63,318 nt of DNA, filler included, from Octopus bimaculoides (GCF_001194135.2; 8 parts of 8 records of this genome joined end to end with filler, not necessarily neighbours in it), one strand, 5' to 3'. Counted from the first letter of the whole stretch, positions 39,317 through 51,305 are shown. Numbers and translations: made by a program. The notes: generated from the letters alone by a model not told the origin.

Positions 39317-40582
39317 TCATGCACTGGTTTCGAGTGCTGATTGAAACTTGGGTTGCATAACAGCTGTTGGTATACTACTTTGCATGCTTGTCTGCAGGCT
39401 AGGCTGAAGAGTGTTCTGCAGGCTAGGCTGAAGAGTGGTCTGCAGGCTAGGCTGCATGCTAGGCTGCATAGTAGACTGCATGCTAGGCTGCAAACTGGTC
39501 TGCATACCTGTCTGCAAGCTCTGAATGGGCTGCATTGCCTGGATAACCTGGACTGGCTGCCGCTGTGGTTGGCCTTTGCTTGGAGTGGGCTGGGGAGGAT
39601 GGTAGGGAGGAGGCGGGTAGTCGTCGAAGATGTATGTCGTATGCGTTCGGTGCTCTTTGGCGAGGGTCGCGTGCGTACGCAGGCTGTGGTGGCGTTCTGC
39701 TGTCGATGCAGCCTGTGCACTGATGCTTTCATAGCTTCTTCTTTCCGGGATCACCTCATAGTAGTTCTCCGAACTTGACTGCGAGTAGTCGGCCTGCTCG
39801 CGGTCAGAGAGCGAATGGTTCACGTAGAATATGTCATGGGTCATAGTTGCTTGGCTCGAGGTTACTGAGCCACTTGTTTTACGCCGGACAGCTACGCACC
39901 ACAATGAGAAGAAAAGAACAGCCAAAATCAACATCACGCCGGACACAACACCAAAAATAACAGCATAAAGGTTTGTACCATTGTTCTGTTTGGGAGGAAT
40001 ATAAGTCTTGGAGAAAGACAGGGCATCTTCTTCACAGGTTCCATAGAATCCTGTAATATTAAAGAAATAGTTTAAGTTTAAGTGGGTTTTAGAACTACAA
40101 CGACTTATAGCAAAATACCAGGTTCGGGCACCAGTTGATCGAAATGTCCGTTCGCCAATACACACATAAATTGATTTACCTGTTTCGTTCGATATTTTAC
40201 AACCTACAGATTTGTGATTCCCCGTGTAGAGGGGTATAATTTGGTTATTATCTGCAGGTAAAATACGTTCCCTTTCTGAACACGACATTTTGTCGTTGAG
40301 TGTACGCAACTGGTCGTCATAATAAATCAGCAGGTTTGCACAGCATTCACTGACCGGGTACCATAACTGGTACTGAATTTTTGCCATGTCTCTGTGGAAT
40401 GTCTTTTGAATTAAATAGCCGTACCACGGCAAACGAGTGTAGATGCACCCCTTGACGATGCAAGGCGGTTGCTGAGCATTAGCCAGTCCAAGAACACAGA
40501 CAATCAGCACAAACAGATCAATGTAGAACGGTCGAGAAAAAGAAATGGTAAACGCTAATGGTTTTTCTTTATTTACTGCCAT
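39317..40582 (-). CDS. Type I single-pass membrane protein (421 aa) with a TMEM145/GPR180-like N-terminal ectodomain and a Tyr/Pro/Gln-rich cytoplasmic tail
   Basis: Long uninterrupted ORF with Kozak AAACATGG at 40582 and a signal peptide ending ANA|QQ. The motifs YPVSECCANLLIYYDD, NNQIIPL and RTFRS..RTWYFAISRC resemble TMEM145 YPEAKCCQNILLYFDD, NNQVINL and RSFRS..RWWYIALSKC. One hydrophobic helix is followed by RRK. A splice acceptor TTTTATTTGTCAG| at 40638 implies an upstream exon. Confidence 0.88.
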   Translation of the reverse strand: MAVNKEKPLAFTISFSRPFYIDLFVLIVCVLGLANAQQPPCIVKGCIYTRLPWYGYLIQKTFHRDMAKIQYQLWYPVSECCANLLIYYDDQLRTLNDKMSCSERERILPADNNQIIPLYTGNHKSVGCKISNETGKSIYVCIGERTFRSTGARTWYFAISRCSSKTHLNLNYFFNITGFYGTCEEDALSFSKTYIPPKQNNGTNLYAVIFGVVSGVMLILAVLFFSLWCVAVRRKTSGSVTSSQATMTHDIFYVNHSLSDREQADYSQSSSENYYEVIPERRSYESISAQAASTAERHHSLRTHATLAKEHRTHTTYIFDDYPPPPYHPPQPTPSKGQPQRQPVQVIQAMQPIQSLQTGMQTSLQPSMQSTMQPSMQPSLQTTLQPSLQNTLQPSLQTSMQSSIPTAVMQPKFQSALETSA

Positions 40583-41391
40583 GTTTGCTGCAATATCGGT
40601 TTTTATGATTCTAATAAATTCTTCGGTGTTTTTCCTTTCTGACAAATAAAATATGTTTCCAAGTTTGAAAAATTCCTTGTTTAGATTGGATTTGGTTTAA
40701 TTTAGTTTGAAGAAGGTTTGTTGGCAAGTTTGGATTTTAATGTTTTTTTTTTATTTTTCCCCTCTTTGACTCCTAGTAAAAAAACCAAGTTTCCTTGAAG
40801 AATTAGTAATTAATAATATCCATTTAGGTATAATTGGTAAAAATGGTAAATAAAATCTGTACTCCACGTGGTTCCTTTTGAGATGGGTAAATCCTTTTGA
40901 GGCTCTGAATATTAGGAAATGGTGAGGCAGAGATTGAAAGCAACACAGAATCAGTCACATTGCGATATTCAGCAACTACAAATTGAAACTTTTTGGATAG
41001 CTAAAATACAAGAAAGCAACTTGCTCCGAACCCTATGAATATAAATATATATATACCTTAGCCCTTAATGAACCTAGTGTTTTTATGGTGTGTTAAACAA
41101 AAGAGAAAGGGAAAAATAATATATGAATTTAAAATAATATATAAAGTTTATAGATAAGTGTTTGTGTTATATAGACAGTGTCATATAGACATGTGTATGT
41201 GTGTATGCATGTATGTATGTTTGAGTGTATACAAAGAAATACAAAAGAATAGGACTACATTTCTGCAAAATATAAACTTAAAAAATGGAAAAAAAAAAAA
41301 TCCTCCACAAAAACAATCGAAAATGACAAAAGACTTTCTGGGTTTTTTTTTCAAATCTTAAATTTCATTGCATCAAACACACACATATATG

Positions 41392-41465
<74 letters not shown>

Positions 41466-41480
41466 TTATATATATGTGTG

Positions 41481-41513
<33 letters not shown>

Positions 41514-41526
41514 ATGTGTGGGAGTG

Positions 41527-41574
<48 letters not shown>

Positions 41575-41765
41575 TTATATATATATATTATATATACATA
41601 TATAGTGTATGTGTGTGTATGTATGTATGTATGGGAATGCCTGATGCTTTTGTGTATGTGTGTGTATATGTGTGTGAGTGGATGTGTCTAAATGTGTGGA
41701 TGGATATAGAGGAAAAGAAAGACGAAAAATGTAGCAAATGGAATCCTTAAGCCGTTATTTCACAG

Positions 41766-41802
41766 GTGAATGAAGGTTACTTAGAAGATCCATGTTTGAA
41801 AG
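41766..41802 (+). CDS. Candidate 37-nt micro-exon (VNEGYLEDPCLKG), phase 0 to phase 1
   Basis: Near-consensus acceptor TTATTTCACAG|G and donor AAG|GTAAGT. Only one frame is open. Confidence 0.45.
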
Positions 41803-41863
41803 GTAAGTACGTTCCTTTGGTAAATATGCCACGTTGCTTCTGGTGTTTTTATAGTTGTTGTTG

Positions 41864-41897
<34 letters not shown>

Positions 41898-42158
41898 CCT
41901 CGTTGTAAAGTAATAACAAAAGAATCGGTAACATTGAACCAGATAGGTAGCAAGCCGCCAGGTCTGCAAACAGCAAGATGAGGAGAGTTCTTTCTCGGTT
42001 CTTTAGCAACAGACAAAATATTGCTAAATCAGTGCCAAGCCTGGAAGTAAAAAAAAGAAAAATGAAAGTCGTTAATAGTTTTTCTTAGTAAGAAGAATGA
42101 ATAATAGTTGTGGATGTGTGTGTACACACACACACACACATATACATACATATATACA

Positions 42159-42295
42159 TACATGAAGAGTGCTGAAAAGTTCTTGGCTTGAAGGATGTCA
42201 TGAAAGGTCTAGTTGGGGACCCATCCTTCCAAGATTTTTTTCAGGGCTTAAGAAAACTGAGGGACTGCTGCAATAATCCTGGTGTGGATTTAATC
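42159..42295 (+). mobile_element. Mariner-derived non-autonomous remnant
   Basis: TA followed by TIR-like CATGAAGAGTGCTGAAAAGTTCTTGGC and a transposase-end-like GGGCTTAAGAAAACTGAGGGACTGCTGCAATAA. Confidence 0.55.
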
Positions 42296-42543
42296 AACTG
42301 ACCCTCCTTCTCGCGGACTTATTGGCCTTGTGCCAAAATGTGATGCCAATTTTAATTTCATGCTTCTGAAAATACACATCATGCTGTACAAGCTTGTCTG
42401 ACCATTGTATTTTCAGAGACATGAAACTAATATTAGCTAACAGTCTAATGCTGTGTATATTTAATGATATTTATCTCTCACTGGATGGAGTACTTTTCTT
42501 GTTGATGCTACCAATAATGTAACAGTACACTTTATGAATATAT

Positions 42544-42590
<47 letters not shown>

Positions 42591-42738
42591 TACATACAGA
42601 TATATATAAATATATAAACATAAATATATACATATATATATACAGATATATATGAATATATATATATATATATACATATTCACACCTATATATATATATA
42701 TATANNNNNNNNNNATACATACATACACATATATGTGA

Positions 42739-42793
<55 letters not shown>

Positions 42794-42946
42794 GCACACA
42801 TACATATGTGTGTGTGTGTTTGTGTGCATGCACGTATCATATATAAAGAGGTTTTCATCTGTTCGTAAAGTGGGGGGTATAAATTTACGTAGAGGAGTGC
42901 CTGAGCTCAGTGAGTAAGTTCACTGATACGCAACAGCAGCAGCAGC

Positions 42947-42983
<37 letters not shown>

Positions 42984-43299
42984 ACAGTTCTGTTCATCAA
43001 AAAAATATATATATACCAAAGCTGCTCCCACCGCATCCACCCTTCCATCCCTACAAATCCACCCACCAACCAACCAGCCAACCATTACTCATGGAATTTC
43101 ATCTTTCTATTACTACTACAACACTAAGAAAGGCAGAATAAGTTCTATGGCTGGTTCATTGTCTGCTGCTGCTGCTGCTACTGCTACTGCTGTTGTTGTT
43201 GTTGTTTCACAGTTTAATCAGAGAAGGAGGGAAAGGAAATGGGGAGAGTCCTTCCTGTTTTTTTTTGTTTTTTTTTTTTTTGCTTTACTCAATATTTTT

Positions 43300-43470
43300 T
43301 GTCTTATTTGTTTCAGTGATTAGACTGCGGCCATACTGGGGCACCGCCTTGAAGAATTTTTAGCTGATTGAATCAACGCCAGTAATGTAAATTTTTTTAT
43401 TGTTTTTAAGGCAGGTACTTATTCTATTAATCCCTTTTGTCGAACCGCTAAGTTATGGTGATGTAAACAT
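43300..43470 (-). mobile_element. SINE 3' half
   Basis: GTTTCAGTGATTAGACTGCGGCCAT...GAACCGCTAAGTTA is shared with 57490-57640. Confidence 0.75.
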
Positions 43471-44139
43471 ATCATGTGACTTGCAGAAAATACCAATTCT
43501 ATTTAAATATTTGTTTTTGTTTTTTTTTTGTTTATTTTAGTAGATATCTAACATCGTCACTGGAATAACCATGAACATTAATTTTACAGTTAAAGGATTC
43601 AATACAGGGTGTCTAGAACTATAGTAATCAAAGCAATGATGATGATGATGGCATTGGTGATGATGATGACAATGATGATGATGTTAATGGTGATGAGGAT
43701 GATGACGACGATGATGATGATGATGACTACAATGAAAATGAAGACAAACACTACAATAACGATGATGATGATGGGCTAGCAAACACTGAAATCAAGAAAT
43801 TAAGTTGTTTTTAATTAAAAACAGAGGTGCTCAACCCCTAAACTCTCTCTCCCTCTTTTAAAAAAAAAATGAGATAAAACAAAGTTAGTCTAAGGCGTCA
43901 GCACCAATAGGCTGAGGTCAAAGGTCACTGGTAATTACAGCGCTGAAATTAACTCACGAAAAACTTGGAGACACTTCATCACTCTCACTCGCATTGTTCT
44001 CTTTCATATTTTAGCAAGATAAAAATAGAAAAAAAAAGTCTCATTATTGTCCCTAAAGGGCCTTTAGACAATCTATAAAGATATTATTATAATTATCATC
44101 ATCATCATCATCATTATTATTATTATCATTATAATATAA

Positions 44140-44345
44140 GGTGGCGAGCTGGCAGAGTCGTTAGCAAGCTGGACAAAATGCTTAGTGATGCTGTCATGAC
44201 ATTCTGAGTTCAAATTTCACCAAGGTTGACTTAGCTTTCCATCCTTTTCGGAGGTCAATAAAATACATACCAGTTATGCACTGAGGTCAATGTAACTGAC
44301 TACCACCTTTACAGCAAAAGTTCAGACCGTATGCCTATAGTAGAA
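44140..44345 (+). mobile_element. SINE of the 646-875 family
   Basis: GGTGGCGAGCTGGCAGAGTCGTTAGC head, GAGTTCAAATT and core motif. Confidence 0.8.
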
Positions 44346-44957
44346 AGGATTATGATTATTATTATTCTATCCCTTAGTTGGTTGGTTTCCCAACCTCTAA
44401 CTCACACAGAAATAAATAAATATATATATATATTTGTGTGCTTGTACTGCGGATTTCCGCTTGTGATTCAAGACAAAAATTTGCACGAGTCTCGGCTCGT
44501 ACAGCAAATTACTTGTACAATGGGGCAGTTGTACTGCAAGGGTCTACTGTACATGGAAAGAAAGAAACTTCAAAGGAGAAACATCAGAGTAGCTGCACCT
44601 CAACCAATTTCCTATTCCCATCTGTTCTTTGAGAACCTCTAGCAAAAGAGCCAGTCTGTTGGTGCAAGAATTCAGACACAGTCTCTTTAGTTCTGTAATT
44701 CAATATCTCTTTGCACTGCTCTTTCTGATTCTGCGATGGTACTTGGGTCTCTACCAACCCTTGTTTTCCTTTCCAGTCTCTCTACCAAATGTTATGAACA
44801 CTGACTGCTCTTTCTTTGCACTGCTAAGCCGGAGCGTGAAATTATTTTTTAATCCGTGTCATGAAATGAAGCAGGCAAGGAACATGTTGCACGCTGTATC
44901 AATTACAGATCTACGGGGAAACCTAATGAAAGACTAATTCTAACTTATAAGTGTGTG

Positions 44958-45001
<44 letters not shown>

Positions 45002-48000
45002 TGTGTGTGCGTGTGTGTGTTCTGTGTTATGCTAAGACGCAGTGTGTAATATCAGAATTTTGAACTTGAGTCAAATATATAAAAAATTATGGCAAATCGT
45101 TGTTAGAAAAATATTTTAACTGAGGAAGGTCTTATGTAATGGATGCATCTCGTATTATATATTATTACACACCTGAAACATGTTACTACGCCTGATCAAG
45201 TATCACAGAAGCATTAAACTATTATTAGTTCTCTTGGTTGTGTATTTAAATTGATAATTGTCTCTCACAGTTCAGAGTACATTTTTTTTTTGTTGATTCT
45301 ACTTCAATTGGATTTTTAAACTATTCCCTTCTCCCTTAGCCCCTATGCCCTCTTCAACTCCTCCCCTTCCCTACTATGTGATCGCTGTCCAGTTCAGGCA
45401 TTGTCGTCCTTTTTCTGGCTGGCTGGCTGCCTTTGAGGTCAGTCACAGCTGTTCTGTCCTGTCCTGCCACCCAGTCTCTTAAGATTTTTCCATTTCCATT
45501 TTCCTTGCACCAGCTTACTACCATTGTTTTCCTTTTGTTGTATAACCAAAACGTGTTTGCCCATTCTATATTCTATAATTCTATATATAGTCATGCAAAT
45601 CGACTCCAGAACTTATGATTCTTAGTTTGGTACTTCTTCCGTGGCTATCTTGCCAAACCATGAAGTCACAAAGACATCCATCTGTCGCTAAGTTCTGAGT
45701 TCAAATTCCACCAAGGTCTGACTTTGCCTTTCATTCTTTCAGGGTCAACAGATAATACGTACCAGTTGGACACGGAAGGGGGGGGGGTAACAAATGACTA
45801 GTACCCTCCACCAAAATTCCAGGCCTTATAACAGAATGAATTATTCGCATGAATGCCAGTTATATTGGTAAGATGGTTAACATTGGGTTTGCAGACTGGA
45901 TTATGCACCAGAGAAGGTTCTGCCTTTTGGCAGCTTAGTTTCTCAACCTTGTAACATGGTTCCCCCTTTTAATTATGGTAATTTCATTCTGATTAAGTGT
46001 AGTGTACGATTTCCTTTCTTACATCAGATTATGTTCCGGCATTCCTGGTTTAATGTATTCTCAGGAATGTCTACCAAGAAATAAAAAAATCAAACAAAAA
46101 ATCCTTTACAACAAAATTATATAAAGAAAGAAAGAAAGAAAGAAAGGAGGNNNNNNNNNNNNNNNNNNNNNNNNNNNNNNNNNNNNNNNNNNNNNNNNNN
46201 NNNNNNNNNNNNNNNNNNNNNNNNNNNNNNNNNNNNNNNNNNNNNNNNNNNNNNNNNNNNNNNNNNNNNNNNNNNNNNNNNNNNNNNNNNNNNNNNNNNN
46301 NNNNNNNNNNNNNNNNNNNNNNNNNNNNNNNNNNNNNNNNNNNNNNNNNNNNNNNNNNNNNNNNNNNNNNNNNNNNNNNNNNNNNNNNNNNNNNNNNNNN
46401 NNNNNNNNNNNNNNNNNNNNNNNNNNNNNNNNNNNNNNNNNNNNNNNNNNNNNNNNNNNNNNNNNNNNNNNNNNNNNNNNNNNNNNNNNNNNNNNNNNNN
46501 NNNNNNNNNNNNNNNNNNNNNNNNNNNNNNNNNNNNNNNNNNNNNNNNNNNNNNNNNNNNNNNNNNNNNNNNNNNNNNNNNNNNNNNNNNNNNNNNNNNN
46601 NNNNNNNNNNNNNNNNNNNNNNNNNNNNNNNNNNNNNNNNNNNNNNNNNNNNNNNNNNNNNNNNNNNNNNNNNNNNNNNNNNNNNTTTGCTTTCAATGGG
46701 TCTTAAAAAGCTTTTTTCCTGAAACAATAAAACCAGGAATGTAACGATGGTTTTTGCAAATTAATTATATATTAAATGACATTTGGATAAGTTTCTCTCC
46801 AAGGCAAAAGCATGTGGAATGGTGGTGTGCTTAAGAAACTTGCTTCCCGACCATGTGTTCTTGAGTTCAGTCCCAATGAGCAGCACCTTGTGCCAATCAA
46901 AACCTTGTGATAGATCTGGCAGATGCTAACGATTCTGCCAGCTCGCCACCTTTTAAATGGTTTATCTTAAAGAATAAGGGCTCTCTCAGCTGGAGTCGGT
47001 AGACTCTGACTCCAGCTATCCCTTAATTGTTTCTGACTCTGACTCCACAACGCCAACTCTGACTCCCCGACTCTGACTTCATAGTCCTGGTTAGTGCCAC
47101 TATAGATTGCACCCAGTGGCCTCTGTGAAATCGTTGGTGAATGGAGATAACGTTTGAGATAAAGGACGTTTCAGTGTTGCCAAGAACGTGACAAACTTTC
47201 TGGTGCCGGTGCCAAAATAAAATGCACCCAGTGCACTCTAGAAAGGTGTTGGTGTCAGGAAGGGAATGGAACTATAGAAATCCTGGTAGAAATGGAATCC
47301 AGGAGTGAGATACCATACCAATATATCAAGGATGTGACAGATTCAAGATGTGACAGTTAAAAGGAAGCTTGAAGCCATTGTAGTAGAAGTAGGAAAGGTA
47401 GAGAGAGTATACACAGCACATTTATGAGTCAGAGGTAGATGTGTGTTGGTGAATGCTTCATCAGAGCAATTCTTAGCATAGAGCAAAATTCAATAATTCA
47501 TATTAACCTCTGCCACAGTAAAAAGAAGTGCTTCATATACACATGTGTACATATTAGTATGTGTATACCTACATATATATGTGTGTGTGTATGTATGTGT
47601 GTGTATGTATGTGTGTATATGAATATGCGTATATATATGAATATATATATGTATATATGTATATATAAATATGTATATATGTGTGTTTGTGTGTGTGCAT
47701 GTATATATATATATGTGTGTGTGTGTATATATATATGTATATATGTGTATATATATATATATGTATATGTGTGTATATGTACGCATATATATGTATATAT
47801 ATATGTGTATATATATAAATAAGTATATATGGGCATGTGAGTGTATGTATATATATATTAGATGCTATCATCTCTTTAACAGATTAATTACCACACTATT
47901 GGAAGAATATTCACTTTATTTGTTTTACGTCAATTATTTGTTTCTTTCATGTCAATTTAATATTTCATTTTATTGTATGTTTTACTTATCGACCACTTCT

Positions 48001-48254
48001 ATTGAAGGTGCACCATCACCAAAGAGCAGCTGATGAAGGAAATGTTCTCTATGTGGCCTGTGTGCTTTCTGTACCCTGTTTATCATTTTGTCCATGGTTT
48101 TTGCAACGTCATGTACCCAGATATGCATCTATATATACATGTAGATGAAGGTATGTTCATACATGTACATATATATGCATATACGCATATATTATTTGTA
48201 TTACACGATCGAACGCACGCGTTACCCTTACAAGTAGCTTCTTCCAAGCATCAA

Positions 48255-48650
48255 TAGACTCTTATACTACACAGAATCTGACTAAGGCACTGGAAAGAGG
48301 AAAGAAAACTAGATGGAACATACATAAGAATTCTGAGAGCAGAATTTAACTTGAAATGACAGTCCCATATAACGAATCAGGTGCTTTATGGTAATCCCCC
48401 AAGAGTTACCTCCATCATAAAGGAACAAAGACTGAGATTCTGTGGACACTGATTTCATAGCAAGGACAAAATATTGAGTGAAATGTATACGTGGGATCCA
48501 CTACACAGAAAACATCTGAGGGCATTTATTGACCAACTGGGTGATGAAGACACTGGTCTACTGAAATGTGACCTGCCAAGAGCAATGCAGGAGAAAGAAT
48601 TCTGAAGACAGCTGGTTGACAGTGTTTATCAGAAGACAACACGACAGATA
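48255..48650 (+). mobile_element. RTE LINE 3' fragment
   Basis: DGTYIRILRA...TNQVLYGNPPRVTSIIKEQRLRFCGH...AMQEKEF, with stops. Confidence 0.8.
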
Positions 48651-50829
48651 GAAACATTGGCACAGTTGTCTCCCTCTTCCATCTTTGCACACATACATCG
48701 CAATTCAGAAAGGAAACTAACATTGATACAGTTATCTCCTCCTCCACCTATACACACATATATCGCAATTTAAAGAAAAAAAATAATAACGCTAGTCATA
48801 AAACTAATGGTATTTTCCTTTTACCGTCATATCTGATCTTCATTTCAGTTTATAATATTATTCCGAACATTAAAATTTCGGCTTTTTAATGTTTAAACTA
48901 TAAACAAACCTTTCATCTATGTAACGTCCTAATTACCATACAGATGGTGTCTCGTAAAAAAAGACGGAAAATAATTTGACCTTTCAGAGTTATTCCGGTT
49001 TTTTTTTGTTTTTTTTTTTTCCTTTTCTCAATGCCAACAAACATACATTTTAGTAAATTTACTTGATAATTTGATCGCCAATATTTCACTAAATTACATG
49101 TGGGACTGCATTTCTGCTGAGCAACTCCAGCACCATGAAATACGATAGAGTCATTTCACATAATTGCCAATGTAATTGAAACGAAAAGCAAAAGACAGTA
49201 GGCCATTAACTTNNNNNNNNNNNNNNNNNNNNNNNNNNNNNNNNNNNNNNNNNNNNNNNNNNNNNNNNNNNNNNNNNNNNNNNNNNNNNNNNNNNNNNNN
49301 NNNNNNNNNNNNNNNNNNNNNNNNNNNNNNNNNNNNNNNNNNNNNNNNNNNNNNNNNNNNNNNNNNNNNNNNNNNNNNNNNNNNNNNNNNNNNNNNNNNN
49401 NNNNNNNNNNNNNNNNNNNNNNNNNNNNNNNNNNNNNNNNNNNNNNNNNNNNNNNNNNNNNNNNNNNNNNNNNNNNNNNNNNNNNNNNNNNNNNNNNNNN
49501 NNNNNNNNNNNNNNNNNNNNNNNNNNNNNNNNNNNNNNNNNNNNNNNNNNNNNNNNNNNNNNNNNNNNNNNNNNNNNNNNNNNNNNNNNNNNNNNNNNNN
49601 NNNNNNNNNNNNNNNNNNNNNNNNNNNNNNNNNNNNNNNNNNNNNNNNNNNNNNNNNNNNNNNNNNNNNNNNNNNNNNNNNNNNNNNNNNNNNNNNNNNN
49701 NNNNNNNNNNNNNNNNNNNNNNNNNNNNNNNNNNNNNNNNNNNNNNNNNNNNNNNNNNNNNNNNNNNNNNNNNNNNNNNNNNNNNNNNNNNNNNNNNNNN
49801 NNNNNNNNNNNNNNNNNNNNNNNNNNNNNNNNNNNNNNNNNNNNNNNNNNNNNNNNNNNNATATATCATCAGCAGCAGCAGCAGCATTTAACTTCATCAT
49901 CATCATCATTTAACATACATACATGCATGCATGCATACATATATATATTCATACATACATACATACATACATCCATACATAGACAGGTAGATAGATATAT
50001 ACATGTCCTTTCAGATTTAAACCAACCATATGTTAGGTGCAAATATATATATATTCTACCTGTTTTGTGGTCAAACTGACCAGATCCAGGCTCTCACACC
50101 TACCCTGCTGCATCATTCTAAGATTAAGACAATCACATCATTGAAATCTGAAAGCTATGAGATAATGGGGTAGTTGGTTTATAGTTGGTTTATAGTCACA
50201 AGGTTCTGAGTTCCATTCCTCATTGGTGCACGACACTTTACTTCACATTGCTCCACTCCACTCAACTGGTTAAAATGAGTAGGACCTCTATTTCAAAGCA
50301 CAAACCCTGTTGCATTCTGTGTCGTGCTGAATCTCCATGAGAACTATGTTAAGGGTACACATGTCTGTGGTGTACTCAACCACTTACATGTTAATTTCAT
50401 GAACTGGCTCTTCCATTGATTGGAACACATGGAACACTTGTCCTCATAACTAACAGAGCACCAGTTTTAAAATATTTAAAAACAAAATTATCCATGAAAC
50501 ACTCACAAGGCTTTGGTTGGCCAAGAGCTATAATAGAAGACATATGCTGAAGGTGCCACACAAAGGGACTGAACCTGAAACTGTGGTGTCACAAAGCAAA
50601 CTTCTCACCACACAGCCACAGCTGTGCCTTTCGTAGGTTTTGTTCATTTTTTTTTTTTCATTTTCCTTTATTTTTATTATTATTATTATTATTTTGTTCT
50701 CATTTTCAGTCCTTCCAACTAAGACAGAACAGAGACAGGAATGAATGAATGAATGGTTGAATATAACAAGGCCACTGACTGCTGATGTATATAATGGAGA
50801 TGTGTCCTAACAAAATATATAAACAATAG

Positions 50830-51080
50830 GATGGACAAAGGACAAAAGAGATAAAGACAGAAACAAAGAAGAAGAAGAAGAAGAAGAAGAAGAAGAAGAA
50901 GAAGAAGAAGAAGAAGAAGAAGAAGAAGAAGAAGAAGAAGAAGAAGAAGAGTATCCATTGGAGAAAGAGAAATGCTTAGATCTGATCGATGAAAAGAAAC
51001 AGGTTTCTTCGGCTTTCATCCAACACAAGAAACATGTCCGAACTCGTAAGGATGAAGAAAGGAATTTGGATTTCCTATGA
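50830..51080 (+). CDS. Candidate phase-1 terminal exon with a poly-Glu tract
   Basis: Open frame GWTKDKRDKDRNK-(E)28-YPLEKEKCLDLIDEKK...RNLDFL*, with AATAAA at 51109-51114. The acceptor is weak. Confidence 0.25.
50868..50948. repeat. (GAA)27 microsatellite
   Basis: Direct sequence. Confidence 0.95.
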
Positions 51081-51305
51081 TGAGTTTTATTAATTCAATA
51101 CCGGCCTAAATAAAGACGTATACATTATCTCGTTCGTTCTCTTTCATTCCAGCCTCACCACCAACCACCACTTCACCATCAAATATGCTTTTCAGATTTC
51201 CATAATTATTTAACCAAGAATTACACTTTTGAATATGATGACGATGACAACGATGACGACAACAAACAACAGCAACAACAATAACTCCTCTCTTTCTACC
51301 GTAGT

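Noticed and set aside
39341-39778. Plus-strand 145-aa ORF and the overlapping 143-aa minus-strand ORF
   Set aside because: They are shadows of the real CDS and its 12-nt repeat.
40583-40645. N-terminal 21 residues of the listed 442-aa ORF
   Set aside because: The listed start is a TTG lying in the intron's acceptor tract. The Kozak ATG at 40582 precedes the signal peptide.
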